A DNA stretch of 64,000 nt from Chrysomallon squamiferum (taxonomy: Eukaryota; Animalia; Mollusca), in the NCBI GenBank assembly GCA_012295275.1, contig CM022665.1, positions 31,186,001 to 31,250,000 on the forward strand, read 5' to 3'. Under the pieces are notes generated by a model. It had not been told where the DNA came from. It was given only the letters and a program-made list of their open reading frames with translations, and did not search any database. Both the position numbers and the translations under genes were made by a program. Numbering within the stretch: the stretch's first letter is position 1; each line of letters begins with the position of its first letter. Of this stretch, positions 1 to 30,965 are shown piece by piece.

Positions 1-2309
1 TTCCTATGCAAGACCCCTCAAAAATATTAAACCTTGTAATAGAGGTTCCTAAATGTCAAATAACTGACTAGCCACTGGCTATCATCCAGGGCAAGGAACT
101 CTTAGATCAGTGTGCATTCTGACACACTAACTTATCAGAAAAACAGTGTGAGCATACACAAAGAACAGACAAGTGATATATAGTTACAATTAAAAGAGAA
201 TATTTGTTTTAAATAAAAAAAATCTTAATAATATCCATTTGTGTTTTTGCGGTTAAAACAACATTTATGACAAATATGTGAACTTTTAATACTGTAATTA
301 ACAAATGTTACATGTAAGACAATTGCTATGAAGTCCATTATTTTAAAATTAATATTAATTCTGTGTTTGCGTTTCTGTAAATTGGGAGTTCTTATTATTA
401 ATATACCACTATACTTGCTACATTTGTTACATATGTAGTCCAAAAACTAAATAAATACAATGCTTGTTTAATTAGTAATAGTTGTTAACTGATCTGCTAG
501 GACATTTTACTGTAATCAGAACAGCAAAAATCATGACCTTTGATTAATATCAACTGAACAGTTGTACTTGAGTAAAACAAACAGTGGTTTTTAAAAAAGC
601 ATTAACTGTTTAAAAGAGACTTGCAGAGATTTACAAATTAACTTTTAGTAACTTGTCAGCTGTACATTAACTTTCAGTCTTCCTTCAGATCAATAATAAT
701 TATTATATTGTAGTAAAATTAAGCAAAATGAAAACCCACTTGAAAAAATATTCTTGTGACTGGTGGATTGGTGAAAAAATTTAACTTTATGTATGATAAA
801 CTGAATACATTATGTCCCCCCCCCAAAAAAAAAATACAAAAAAAAATAATGAAAAAGATAAAATAGGATCAATATTTTTAGGATTTCCAGAGATTAAAAA
901 CCATGAATAGAATTAAAAACATGATTCTACATATTCATCTAAGGAAATTCAAGTGTGATTCTGAGGTCTCAAAAGAATATTAAACAAGAAGTAAACCTGC
1001 TATATCATAACTAATGTGACAATACTAATATTATAAATTTACTGGTCTAACAAAAAATACAGAAATGTATCAGTGAATCTCAAGTCACAAGTTTTGATAA
1101 TGTCTTTTTTCTTCTACATTTCATTTCTTGCATTCTCTGCCTAAATGCATTCTTTTTTGTTGATGGCTTTCAAATGACTGTCTTCAATCCACAAAATAAC
1201 TAGCAAAAGAAAAATATTCTTATTGTAAGTATAACTGATCATTAAGAAATCACAACAAATAATTCTAAAATTAAAATATAAATAAAGTAAAAGCATTTTC
1301 TCCATCTTCTCGAAAATATATTATAAAAATATTAATTGTATCGTACAAATCCTTTTTTGAATATTACTGACGTCATTCAATTTATTATATTTTATAATAT
1401 CATAGTTCAGCTTGAAAAAAATATGTTGGATTTTAATATAATGAAAAATAGAAATCATATGTTGTTACGTGACTTACTCACAACAGACCGTGCAGTGTTA
1501 AAACTGCATTTCCAGAAGTTTTCATTAGTCATTTCTTCATTTTGCAGCTCAGATGTTTTTTTTTATTTCTGCATTAAGGCTAAAAACATAAATAAATCAA
1601 TTAGTTATAAAATGTCCATTTGAAGTAAATAAATACACCTTGAAATGTTTTCAGCTATACAAAGTTATACAGCACACCACTAAGTCCAAAACTAGATTAT
1701 AATTACACTATAACAATATTTAGGATGATGAACTGATATTTTAGGACACAGTATCATTCACTAGTCAATTTTTCTAAACTAAGTAATTACTTAGTTTAAA
1801 CAAAAATTCTGAAAAACTGAAAATAAAATATCAAAATAGAAAATGGCCAATTATTTGAAATTTAGACAATATTTCCAAATTAAAAACTGCTGTCCAAATT
1901 GTAAAAAACAGGCACAGTGAAAACGGTCACCAGTTTGAAGTACTAACTTTCGCTACAATATATATTTTTTTATTTTTAATTTCGAAAATTTTGTTTAGCT
2001 TCGGAAATAAAAATAAAATAATAATAAATAACAAAATAAAAAAAAGAAGTAAAAATGTATTTGTGGTTATATTTTACTAAAAACTAATCATGTTTTGCAT
2101 TACAGTAAATAAATATAATACAAATAATAAAACATTTATTGGGCGTATTAAAAATATAATAAAACTTTTTTGAACCATTATTCGTTTTAGTTTCTTTTTT
2201 CTTTTTTAAATTATTATTATTATTATTATTAAATGGGGCTTTTAATAATAATGATTTAGCTTATTATTAGTCAGTGGTAAAGTTTTCTAAGCCAGCTGCA
2301 TAATGTAAT

Positions 2310-2876
2310 GGTATGTTCCCAAAACTGGCAGTCTCCAGATTAGGTAAGCGGTGAGGTGTTCTAATCCGCTTCCAGAAATGGGAAAACTGGTGTGAGCAAT
2401 TAAGGTCAATTTAGACGCATGGAGATAACGCGAAGTGTGAAGAACAGATGGGGCAATTAACAAGATTAACCTTAATGAGCAGTGAAGAGCAGAGGTGAGC
2501 CGGAATAGAGATTGCAAGAAAATTAATGTTTGGAGACATGAAATTAATGTTGTATCTCAGTAAAATTTGGAGCCAGGAAATACTACCAGAAGACAAGCAC
2601 AAGTTCTTCCAGCTGGGATTGCAGTACGTCACGTGTACCCGGGACACAGCTTCCTACTTGTCAGCTTGCGGTGGAGTGCTTTCTGGGACATTTCGTGTGT
2701 AAAGTGTGACTGATTGTCCTACAAATTGTGGACAAAATACTGTTTAACAAAAGTACATCAATTAAGGTGACAGAACACCAATTAGTAAGGGTGAGCAATA
2801 AACTGCCAGAAATGGAACAATGGGCGTGTCCAATTAAGATGTGTTATAATCTCACTGCCAGATTCGGGAATAAACC
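2310..2876. mobile_element. Non-autonomous DNA transposon (MITE), 567 bp, 23-bp imperfect TIRs starting GG, 8-bp TSD
   Basis: Left TIR ggtatgttcccaaaactggcagt (2310-2332) vs reverse complement of 2854-2876 ggtttattcccgaatctggcagt, 19/23 identical. Flanked by the direct repeat aatgtaat at 2302-2309 and 2877-2884. The interior is GC- and CpG-richer than the flanks. Confidence 0.75.
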
Positions 2877-3939
2877 AATGTAATACGTATGGATTATTTT
2901 TATCCATTTTTTTTTTTTTTTTTTTTTTAGCTAGGCTTTATGTGGCACCTCATTATATGAACTAAAACGGGGTGTTGGGTCGGGGCTAATTACTGGTGAA
3001 ATGAACCAGTTTTTCATACATTTTATTTATGGCAAGGACATAATTTTCCATAACTTTTCCTTAGCCAAGGTAACAAAACCTGATTTTCCAAAACTTTTAA
3101 GATCCTGGAAAACACTGCAACGAATTTCCAAAACTTTCCAAAACTTTCCAAAGCTGCTGTGTGTTAATGTCAGAAGTAGATGTCCTGACATCAGCCAATC
3201 CTTACAGACATTGAAAATCCAGGTATCTGACTGTTGAACAAGTCTAACAATGCCATGTCTTCTCATGTCAGATATTTTTACGAGCTGTCCAAAACAATTT
3301 GATATAACATTTTGGTTTGGTGATGTTTGTATACAGTTCGACTAATTATAGTAAGATTCAACCAGCCCAATTTCCCTGACAGTATTATTATTTTTTAATG
3401 TATTCTCTATTTCAAGTCAGAAAAAAAAAAAAAAAAAAAAATGTTACCTGATATTGTGAAATAAAGGTTTAATGTTGATCAGAAATACGTTGTGGTAGCT
3501 GTCGCCGTATGATTATATGTTTCTCAGAATGTGTTTCGTGGAAATCGTTCATACATTATTTTGAAAATATCATGACTTGAGCAGAGCACTTTCTACACTT
3601 CTCAATATAGTCATGTAGTTAAATAAACCTTCTTAGTCTCAGTGTGCCTGATGTGTATGTTTGTGTGTATGTGTGTCTGTGACTTTGTAGAAATTAGTAA
3701 AGGTATTGTAGCATGCATGTAGTAATTTGTTTATGTGTCACAAAGAATGTAGTAAATAACTAATTTGTAAATATATAAAAACAGTTAATATATAAGTAAA
3801 CAATATACTGTAGTTTTAAATAGACAAGTAAACACTATTCTCTAGTTTTAAAATAAACAAAATAAAAATAGTACATGTCAAATTTGTATTTCAATTTTTT
3901 ATTATAATTACTTTTTAAATTTTTGTTTCTTTTGTCCAG

Positions 3940-4138
3940 CTTGTTGCTCATAATGGCTTCCAAGGATTTTATACTCCTGAATATGCTTATCATATTTCAA
4001 AATGACCACATGGGATTCGTTACGATCCAGTTTTTTGATGGCAATGGTTTCAACTCAGCTCGTGTGTCAACTTCATTTCCTTTCCAGAAAGATGTTACCT
4101 TTGAGATGAGAGCCATTGTTGATGGAAATACTTTAAAG
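3940..4138 (+). pseudogene. Orphan galectin-like (carbohydrate-recognition fold) exon, apparently disrupted
   Basis: Pyrimidine tract + cag| acceptor at 3939, AAG|gt at 4138. The 3' part reads ...STSFPFQKDVTFEMRAIVDGNTLK|, resembling the galectin FPF..G..FE..I.V....FK|V segment. The 5' part in another frame reads ...PEYAYHISK* (TGA 4003-4005). No partner exons were recognised. Confidence 0.45.
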
Positions 4139-4169
4139 GTGTCTAACTCTCTGCTTCTGTCTGCTGGCA

Positions 4170-4390
4170 AATAATAACAACAAAAACAACAACAATAATA
4201 AAAATAACATAAGAACAAGAACACCACCACAACAACAGCAACAAAACGTCAAGAACGATAATAACAACTATAAGAACAACAACAACAATAATAATAAAGA
4301 CAATACAACAATAATAACATGTATAACAACAATAACAATAATTACAATAACAATGACTATGACAAAAACAACAACAACAATAATAAACAC
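4170..4390. repeat. Degenerate (AAC/AAT)n microsatellite
   Basis: Runs of aacaacaat directly visible. Confidence 0.9.
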
Positions 4391-4439
4391 AAGAAAGGCC
4401 AACTCCTATGTTTGTCCCTAGTTGTATCTCTCTCTCTCT

Positions 4440-4980
4440 TTCTGTTTGTATTGTTATATATGTATGATGTTAGGTGTATCGAGTGTTATGATTGTCTTAT
4501 GTTGCGAGTGTCTGTCGTGCCTTGTCTTATGTTTGTCTGGAGTTATATGTCTCTGATGTTATATGTGAGTGGTGTTATGTTCGTATTGTGCTATGTCTGT
4601 TTTGTGTCTGGTGTGAGTGTGTTATGTGTGAATGTGTTATAGTTCTACATATGTGTTATGTTTGGCATGATATGTGTCGGATCTTATAGTGAGCGTGTTT
4701 TGTGTGATGTTAAGTGTGTTGTGCTATGTGTGTCTGCATTATGTTTGTCTGTTTTATATTTCTATTTATTATATGTATCTGTGTTATATGTGAATGTTTT
4801 ATGTGGCGTTATGTTTGTGTTATGTGCACATGGTTATAATGTGAGTGTGTTTTGTCATGTCCTGTGTTTTATTTTAGTGTTATGTAACTGTTTTTGGTTA
4901 GGTAATCTAGTGTTGTATGTGTCCGATCTTATTATATCTAAACTGTATTCTAAGTCTGTGTCTGGTGATATGTGAGTATT
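4440..4980. repeat. Degenerate GT-rich simple repeat (gtgttatatgt-like units)
   Basis: Recurrent gttatatgtg/gttatgt units; gives the spurious Val/Cys/Leu-rich ORFs. Confidence 0.8.
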
Positions 4981-7210
4981 ATCTTTTTTGTTAGTATGGC
5001 TCATGTAAGTATTGGCTAAATCTTTTTGGTATGGTTGGTTAATGCTGACTCTTTTGAGTTTATTTTTCTTAACATAAATAAGACTGACTCACCTAGAATA
5101 ACGTGCTTATTTCTTTTTAACATACACATCAATATTATCTAATGATATTAACTTGCAGAAATCCTTGTGCAGTACACTTTAAAAATGAGTTTATTATTTT
5201 ACATGAAGAAAGACTAAGATAACTAATAATGAATATCGTAATAATGACAAAACGGAAAAGCTGAACCAGCACATGCGAAGAAAATGTAGTAGTAATAATA
5301 ACAATACCAATACCACACAAGTGTTTCTCAAAGCAGAAATCCATAAAATTGTGAATTCTTTCATTTATTAATTGTTTGAGATAAGTCACTTACGATATCT
5401 GGATTTCGAACACTTTAGAACCAAAATGGTCTTACATAGTGCCAGTCCATTAGTATTCTAATCGAAGTTGTTACTGTTAGTTGATTTTGCTTTTATTATT
5501 TCTTAAAGATTTATTATTAAATTGCTTTCAAAAAATATCCTAAATATGGTGTATTGAATATGTGCAAATATACAATTTTTTTTAAAATAAAACATATCTG
5601 TATATAAATTCATTGTTTTTAAAGAGACAAACAGAACAGAAATAAATAAAATTAAATAAAAAATAATTAAATGAAATAGGCATTTTACAATAATTCAGTA
5701 AGAAATAAAAAAAAAATAATAATAATAATAAAGGAAACTGGATATTTAAAAGACAAAGAAACGCAGGGAATGTTAATATTTCCCACAAAACTTTATACAG
5801 AATTAATTATTTTCATTTAAAAGCAGCGAATCAAATTTACCTTCACATCGCATATGCGAGAGCAATCTAGTTCAGAAGTTCGTAAGAGAAATAACTCTGT
5901 TTAACACGTAGGAAAATATTCAAAAAAGACTGAGTGTTGAGGAAATGTTTTAAAAAAACAAACATATTATATAGAAAAGAAAGAGTCTGGTATACATGTT
6001 TGCCTTTACTTCTGAATTTACAAGTCAAACGCTGAAGTCTGTTGTATAAATAAAAAGATCAGATCCAAAGCAATGTAACAGTTCATTAACAACAGTGCAG
6101 TTACATTCAAAACTCCGCACAATCCTCAAAACATTTATCTGAATCATTTCAACAATTTTTTATAGATAAGTTTTGAGAAAAAATAACGTTGTATGTTATT
6201 ATGATAAATGCTGTTTACAAGATATAATGAAACTGAACAACAATATTTACAGTTTATTGACTACAACCAGAGCTGTATATATTAATACATTTAAATTCAG
6301 CAAAAGAACCGTAATGTTGTACATTTTTGTAGCTTTCTAGATTATTCCTAGTTGAATATTAATTGTCTAATTATGACATTAATTTTAAGGGGAGATAATA
6401 AAATATCACTTTCCTTGTTACAACTCTCTATAGTTAATTAAGAATTAATCTGTAACAGCACAGTATATTTACGGAACTTGTCTTATAATACATGGTTCAT
6501 CTTGCACATTCTCACCTTTTCACTTTACTTTTAATAATAAAAATGTCTATTAATGTTTCTCAATAGTCTAGACTTCTAGTATTTATGAAAGATACACTTG
6601 TAAATATCAATAATGTGGTGAAGCTAATTCCTCCCACTTAGCTTTTAAAATTACTCCTACTTAAGTTTTCAGTTAAATATATTCTGATGTTAATAAAATG
6701 TCACATTAGAACGGAAGCGTTCTCAACATTTTTGGATTTCACATACAATTTTACTTTTGTTTATAAAAACATGCTAACACAGAACCCCAATCTACATATC
6801 TGAACAGTGTTTTCACAGTAAAATCACACCTGTAATGTTTACTATAATGCTACAGTATAAACATAAAAAAAGCCTGCAACAATAACAATAGTAAAATAAA
6901 GAAAATAATATTTTAATCTTTAGCATTGACACCTGGCTTTTATTGTACTGGAATAATTTAGAAACTGAGAAATTGCAAATTCATGTCATTAACAAAGGAT
7001 TAAAAAAAAAAATTGTTCTTTTTTCGTGGTTTTTTTTTGGTTTGTTTTGTTTGTTTTCCTCTTCCTGACAGTAGTAGTAATAAAAGAAAATTGCAAACTG
7101 CACGCTTTTCCTTCCCTTCCAATATGGTGCCATTATTCACAGTAACAAAATAATACTACTTTCTGGACACTTATTTCTGTCAATAGAAATACAAGGGTCA
7201 GATCTAGCTT

Positions 7211-7318
7211 TTGGGTTATGGTTAGGGTCAGTTTTAGGGGTGCAGTTAGGGTCAGTTTTAGGGTTGCAGTTAGGGTTAGTGTTAGGGTTTATAGGGTTTA
7301 GGATTTGGGTTAGGGTTA
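7211..7318 (+). repeat. Degenerate interstitial (TTAGGG)n-like tract
   Basis: ttagggtcagttttaggggtgcagttagggtcagttttagggttgcagttagggttagtgttagggttt...gggttagggtta. Confidence 0.85.
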
Positions 7319-7777
7319 AAAAACAAAAAATAAGAAAATAATTTAAGATCCTTCATTTCTTTCTTTGTATTCCTCTCCCAAAAGACCAAACCCCTCTTAT
7401 CTGTATAACCCCACCAAAAAATTCCTCTTTATTTCAATAGATAGAAATGCTGGAACACTCGGAACTCTTTCCAGGCTGTATACTTAAGAATTTAAAATTT
7501 TATTTATATCCTTTTTTGTTTTTGTTCTATTACTTTTAATAATTTTAATGATACTGTATTATGTAGACTGACTGGCCAAAGTCAGATGGCTCTTGCAGAA
7601 ATGATGACACTTATAGTTATTACTTCGAGCTGAATTGGGGAAATCAGCATAATGGAGTTTCAAATCTCATATAAGTGAGATTGTACAAAATTCCAGATAT
7701 GAATACTGATCAGGCACCAAAGGGCTATGTGAAGGTGTCATCAAAAACAAGATAAAGTAATTCCTGTATTTATATGA

Positions 7778-7778
7778 C

Positions 7779-7840
<62 letters not shown>
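7778..7840. repeat. (AAT)n microsatellite
   Basis: Perfect aat run. Confidence 0.97.
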
Positions 7841-7844
<4 letters not shown>

Positions 7845-8462
7845 TATTCAAATATATTTTGTCAGAAAAATATTTTTCAAATTATAAAGATAGAGACAAA
7901 AATAGACACAGACAAACAGATATAGGGACAAATATACAAACAAGCCAACAAAATAATTACACTAGTACCTGGCTTTATTCACAAAAGGACAATAAATGCT
8001 GTAAACAATGCCAATGGACTGCAACAAAAAAAGAAAGAAAAAATGCCACATACTTAGGCCTATAATATCACAATGCTAATACACCTGTGACCAAACAGTA
8101 ACATCTGTTAATAACTACTTAAAACCTGTATTTACACCCACATGTTGACAAAACAGCTAAATGAATTTAACAGTATGTGAGGCAGCATTTCGATCTTAAG
8201 ACTAAACAACAAACAAAACTAAAAAGTGTTAAAAGTGTTGTCTTGATGTTTTGTAAATATATATTTAAAATATGTTTTAGTACAGTTTTGCTGGATTTTA
8301 TATTTATTTTGATTGAATTTGTTATGTTTGAAAACTAAAATTAAAAATATATATTTCTTTAATTTTGATTATTGTTTTTATTTTATTTTTATTGTATATT
8401 TTATTTATATGCTCCCTTCACAAATGTGTATGTGTGTATGTGTATGTGTGTGTATATATATA

Positions 8463-8510
<48 letters not shown>

Positions 8511-11500
8511 ATACATCAAAGGAAAAAGGTTGAGTTTTACATACAGTAGTTTCCATATTATAAATTAACATTTATTTATATTTACATGGAAATATTTAAA
8601 AAAGAATATATTAAAAGGAATATTGGCATTCTAAATATAATTCATGTTTGTACTGTCCTTCAAATGAATAACAATATAAACTGAATTTAATGTGTTTTAT
8701 CAAATACCAGCAGTGTTTATTCTTTTAAGAAAAACAAATCTTGCTGCCAAAAATATAATAAAATGGTTACTTGCTACTGTTTGGCTGTAATATTAATAAT
8801 AATAAATAATAATAATATTTTTCAACAAATATCAATACATAAGTGTAAATACAATTTCGGCACAATGATTGATGTGACCCATTATTTCAAACAGTAATAA
8901 TAATATTTTGTACATAGTACACACTAGACAAAAATAAAAACATTACACACACAACATAATTTCCCAAACTACATTTACTGCATTATAGTACACACTGAAA
9001 ATAATTATTACAGACTGTTATTTCTTAAAGTTGTTGCAGAATAGCATATTAATTATATATTTATTTGTAGACTTGAAAGATTTTTTTCAGCCAAAAGGTT
9101 GTACAAGATCTTTTTAAAATATCTTCCGTAATTATTATAATCTCCATCCAAAATTTTAATAAACAATTTTTCAGTTAAGCAAAAATTCATATTTTACTTT
9201 ATTTATTTATTTTAGTTTGAAAAATAACAAAATTTTATTTGTAAAGATTTATTAAATATTACACTTTGCAGTTCCATATTTACTTTTCTTATAAACTGTA
9301 AAATATAAATTATTTGAAATTTTCTTCTCTGCCAATAAAAACTTTTGTAAAAACTTTAAACTGTAACAAACCCAATTGTTTATTTATTTTTTATTTTTTT
9401 ACATATGTCTGTTTTTTCTGTTCAAAATAGCAGATAAATATTTTATGTAATAATTTCTAATTTCTGTATAATTCAAGCTCTGCTTTTCCTTTGTACTCAT
9501 ATGTTATGTGAAAGATTCTGAAAAGCAAGTTCTAGATGGAAACTGTAATAAAACTGTTAGATATGACAGGAAATATGTTTTGACACTATATAATGCTCTT
9601 GCTATGAAACAAAATTCTATAAAATAATTTTAAAATAATAATAATAATAATCAAAAAAAAAAAAAAAAAAATTCCCCAACTACTAACAATTTGAGAGAAT
9701 TCGTTGATGTCAAAAATTAACAATAAAATTTTTAATTTAACAAATTATTATGCTTGACTCAGAGTATTAGATTTGCAAACATCAAACTTAAGTATAAAAA
9801 TAAATAATTTTTCAAATTACTTTTTGATACCTTTTCGTAAAAATTAAAAAACTAGAAGTATAGTCTTCAGAAGAAAAAAAGAAGAAAAGAAAAAAAAAAA
9901 CATGTGACCATTATTATAAAACTGTAATTAACTATTAATTTTTAAAATTATTAATGGTTCCAGGAATTCACTGATTTAAGTAAATATGGAATGTGTCAAA
10001 AATGGAATTCATAGAGTTTTGGAATTAAATTGTAGAATTTTTCACATCAGTAATAAGAGATATGATTTACAGTGGTATTTAACACCATCAGTGTGTAAGA
10101 AGATTCCTACTTGGTAACCATGGAGACTAATTTTTCCAGAGGTAAGTATCATACTGAGTCCAGTGGAAGTCACTGAATGTTTTTATTTTATGTGGCACTG
10201 TTTTAAAGTCTCTTCAAATTCATGAGTGTGGTTTTTAAATTTTGTTCTTAATTATTTATTATAAAGGATTTCATCATCATCAATGAAATATTAAGGATGT
10301 AACCCAAAATAATTCATATTGAAAAAAATGTTAAAAACTTTTTAATAGTTAATTTTTCACTGCTTCTGTATAATATATACACACAATAATATTATTAATA
10401 ATAATGTGTTTTCAGTACAGGGTGATACAATTAATAATTTAGAATTTCAAAAGAAAATAATCAGCAATTTTTTTATTTGATTATATAACCACTTTATTTA
10501 TATTATTTTAAATAAAAATTTTAAGATTTATTTTATACAAAAGTAAATACATAAACAAAGATATATTAAAAATAAATAACCAAAAATTATAATATAAATA
10601 AATAAACAAATATAATAAATTATTAAACATTTTTTCCACTGTCAGTATTAACATAAAATTTATCACAGTGAATGGGTTGTCTACAACAGGGCCATAAAAC
10701 ACAACACAGAAATGGGCACAGCCAGTATTAACTACATAAACATATAATTAATTATTTACAATATAAATAAGATGAATACTTGGCTTTAAATAACTGACTG
10801 AGAAAATATAATTTAAAAATGTTGACATATTTTCTCAAAAAGGAACAATCTTTTTTGATATACGAATCTTGTAGAAAAATTATTGTGCAGAATAATAATT
10901 TTCATTATCTGAAAGTTTTAATTAATGTGAAGATTTTATCTTCTGTTTGTTTTATTTGTAAATTTTTGTCTTACCTCAAACTGCTAAATTTGTTTTTCAA
11001 TCTTTTAATTATTTTTTAATTTAAAAATAATAAATAAATAAATAATAATTTATCAGTTATTTTATCACTCTTCCACAGTGTTTGTTTTTACTTGTTTTTA
11101 TTTATTTTGTTAATATGAAAACAGTGTTATTTCCCTTTGAATATTTCAAAACTACAAATTGCTATTATGTGAAAAAAGAAAGCTCTTTCTGAGAAAATAT
11201 GTACAAAATAATTAATGTGCATGAAATGTATGTGAATAATAATTCATGCTATGTGGATCTGTGCTCTGAGAATGACATCTTGTATATCAAGTTTTCACAA
11301 GGCTTATGCATAAATACCATTGTAATGGCCACTTGTATGACTTTCTTTACAAACTATAAGGCAATATAACAAAACAGTGTCAGCATAAATGATATTATTT
11401 TATAATACATATTATACCAATATCAAATAGCTTAATTTATAAAATAATATATAGTTTATTATTTTAAATTTCTGAATAACCTGAATATTTAAATTTATGC

Positions 11501-13332
11501 TTATGATGATGATGAGTTTTATTATTATGCTATCATGGAATACAATACACATTTCAGAATATTGAAAAGTAAAATGAACCCAAAACAATATAAATTAAGT
11601 GAATAATAATTATTTAGATAATAAAATTTAAAATTATATTATGCTGTGTTAAGTTCTGTGTTGCCATACTAACCAGTATAAATTGTGGAAGCTTGATATA
11701 CATGAATGAAAAATAAGGAAGGAAAGTCGTAAGTAGATCCAGCTTTAATTTAGATTTATCCAAAAATAAAATCTGAAATAGTTAGTAACAATTCATGAAA
11801 CTGAATTATACTGAAGTTATTAATTTGTTTTTTTCTCTCCTACAAATGGAGTCAAAATTAGACCAACCGTGAACTTAAATGTTTTACTTTATCTTAAAAA
11901 TACATTTTAAAGTAATTTTGTATTTATTTTTGTGTTTTTTGCAAAACTGGATCTACCCTTGTTTATACAGATCTGAGTGGAAAACTGTTGACAACCATTC
12001 TAACTTTCACAATGACCTGTCAAAGAAATCTTGCAGGCACTCAAACCTACAGTGTATAATAAAGATACACACCATCAACAAAAAACACGCCTTCAGCTTT
12101 ATTTACAGTAATATGCCAAGAGGTATCGGACACTGTTAATTTAAAGTCAACATTATTATTAAGAATTTACTTTCTTAGCCAATTTGGCATACTAGGTCTC
12201 ATTTCACTCAGAAAAGCCTGGTTTAATAACAATTATTACGATGATTTATATTGCAACACACTTTTCTTTTCTCAGCAAAATTATAATAATAAAGTTGTTC
12301 TTACGGTTTCATATTTAAAGCCAAAACTGTGAAAAGGATTTCATTTAATATTTAATATAAAAATTCATTAAAAGGTTTCAAGAATGTTGCATTCTGCTTT
12401 GATTTTTAAAACAAATCCAGAGCACACTTATTTTTTAAATCATTATATTTTAATATATATTTTTTAATATTTCATTCTTTGCAGTTCAGAATATACATCT
12501 TTCCAGTAATGTATTCAGAAAAAATTAATAACACTGCCATTCTAAAATCTATTCTGGCTTTAAAAAGAAAAGTCGGCTGCATGAACTTAATTTTGGAAAG
12601 TTGTTTGAAGTAAGTAAATTTACCAAGCATGTTCTCTGACACACTGACCATGATCATCCCTGTTAGATTTAAGATAACAACATCAGACTGTAACTATATA
12701 ATGAGGCTGTCTTCCATGGACAACTCATAATTAAATACCTTTCAGTTTTCAAATGTTTTTATCAAAGTTACAAGTAGTTGTTTTAATTTTTTTAATTGTT
12801 ATTTTTTATTTATTTATCTTTTTTATTTTTATTTTTTGTTGTTGTAGCTGTGGTTTATACAGTTATTTCCCATGAATTGGTTGTTTTTTATTTATTTATT
12901 TTTTAAATCTTTTTGTGGCTTTTGTTAAACAGTTAATTTTCTAGGTATATTTCATTGACAACTTAACACAAACAAGTCACAAATTTACATTAATGTAACC
13001 TTACCTCTGGCTATTTTGTTTGTTTGTTTGTTTGTTAGTTACTGTAACTAAAAAAATATTGATATTTTTGTTTCTCTATGGAAGGTTATGTCTAAACTGG
13101 TGTCAGAAATCAAACTGAACCAAAATTAAGTTGGCAGCCTTAAGTATATAAAGTATGCAGGATGACAAAAAACCAGTTTAATCCAAAACATTTGTTTTGT
13201 TTTTCCCAGTTTAGACAGATTCCACAGTAGTTTATAAATGTTTATGGCTTATTACAGAACTGGACAACTTGAAATTATTTCAAGCTCCCTTATAAAGTAG
13301 ATTATCTGAATACAGCCAGAGTTGTCTCCTCT

Positions 13333-29784
<16,452 letters not shown>

Positions 29785-30804
29785 TACTCACCAGTGATTG
29801 TCAACTGTTATACTCTCTCTGAAACAACAAATGAAAAACCAACAAATTATGATTAATTCATTATTTTTTAATTAAGCCTTTATTTATTATGTATTCTAAA
29901 TAAAAGCTAAATAAATAAACAAACAAACAGATAAATAAAAAGCTAGATAAATAACTAAATAAATAAACAAACAAAGAAATGAAGAAACAAACAAAAAAAT
30001 AAATAATAAAAAATGTTATTAAATTTATTCAGATGTGAATAAAAAAGTGAATAAAAAACAAAAAGATACTAGAGTTTCAACCAATTTTACAAGCCATATA
30101 AGCATAACAAATGGAAATAAATTTATTTTAAATTAAATTGCTACACCTTAAAACAAATCAAACAGCTGACAATAGTATTTACATTTTTCACATTAGATGC
30201 ACAAATACATCATTTGATGTACTTCTTCTATGACATATTGTTCAATGTGTAATTAATTTTTTTGAGAATTCTAAGTCATTAAAATTATATGTATTTGAAT
30301 TTGGGTGTAGGCATGTGTCTGTCTATATATGGGGAATAACCAATTATTGTCTTAAGATACCAGCTTTCTCTTGCGAAGGTTAGAATGGTGAGTGTAGCAA
30401 GGCTCTGCTGAGTTATTTTTTAAATTCTGCAATCCTAAATAATATAAAAACTCACTGCTCTCAAGAATAGTAGATTCACAAGTATTGGTTTTGTTTTTTT
30501 ATACAACTATAAATCAAAACAAAGTACTTCTTAAAAAACAACAATTTATTTGTTATTTAATGAAATTGTCTTTTAAAAGTTAAACCAGCACTTAAGCATT
30601 AAAGAAATAACAATATATGTAAATAACAAATAATTTATTAAAGTCTAAATATTCAGTTCCTTCCCAAAAATCTTAACTTTTGTACAGTGACTGAAATTCA
30701 TCTAGTCATCATATCTTGCCACTGTTTATAGTGGATTGTAGGATAAATATATATATATTTATGTTTGTGTTGGTATACAAATGTTAGCTATAGCCCACTC
30801 CCTA

Positions 30805-30848
<44 letters not shown>

Positions 30849-30965
30849 AACACATAAACAGATACATGCAAGAACACTCATGCAAAAAATAAGCTGAACA
30901 ATAACTTTCTTTACATATTTACATACAGAGAAATATAACACAAAGATTTGATATTAAGTTTGTGT

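Noticed and set aside
2287-3266. ORFs within and next to the MITE as a possible transposase
   Set aside because: Short, with no DDE or other recognisable motif.
4319-4975. ORFs of 65-107 aa rich in N, V, C and L
   Set aside because: Translations of simple repeats; no domain and no splice structure.
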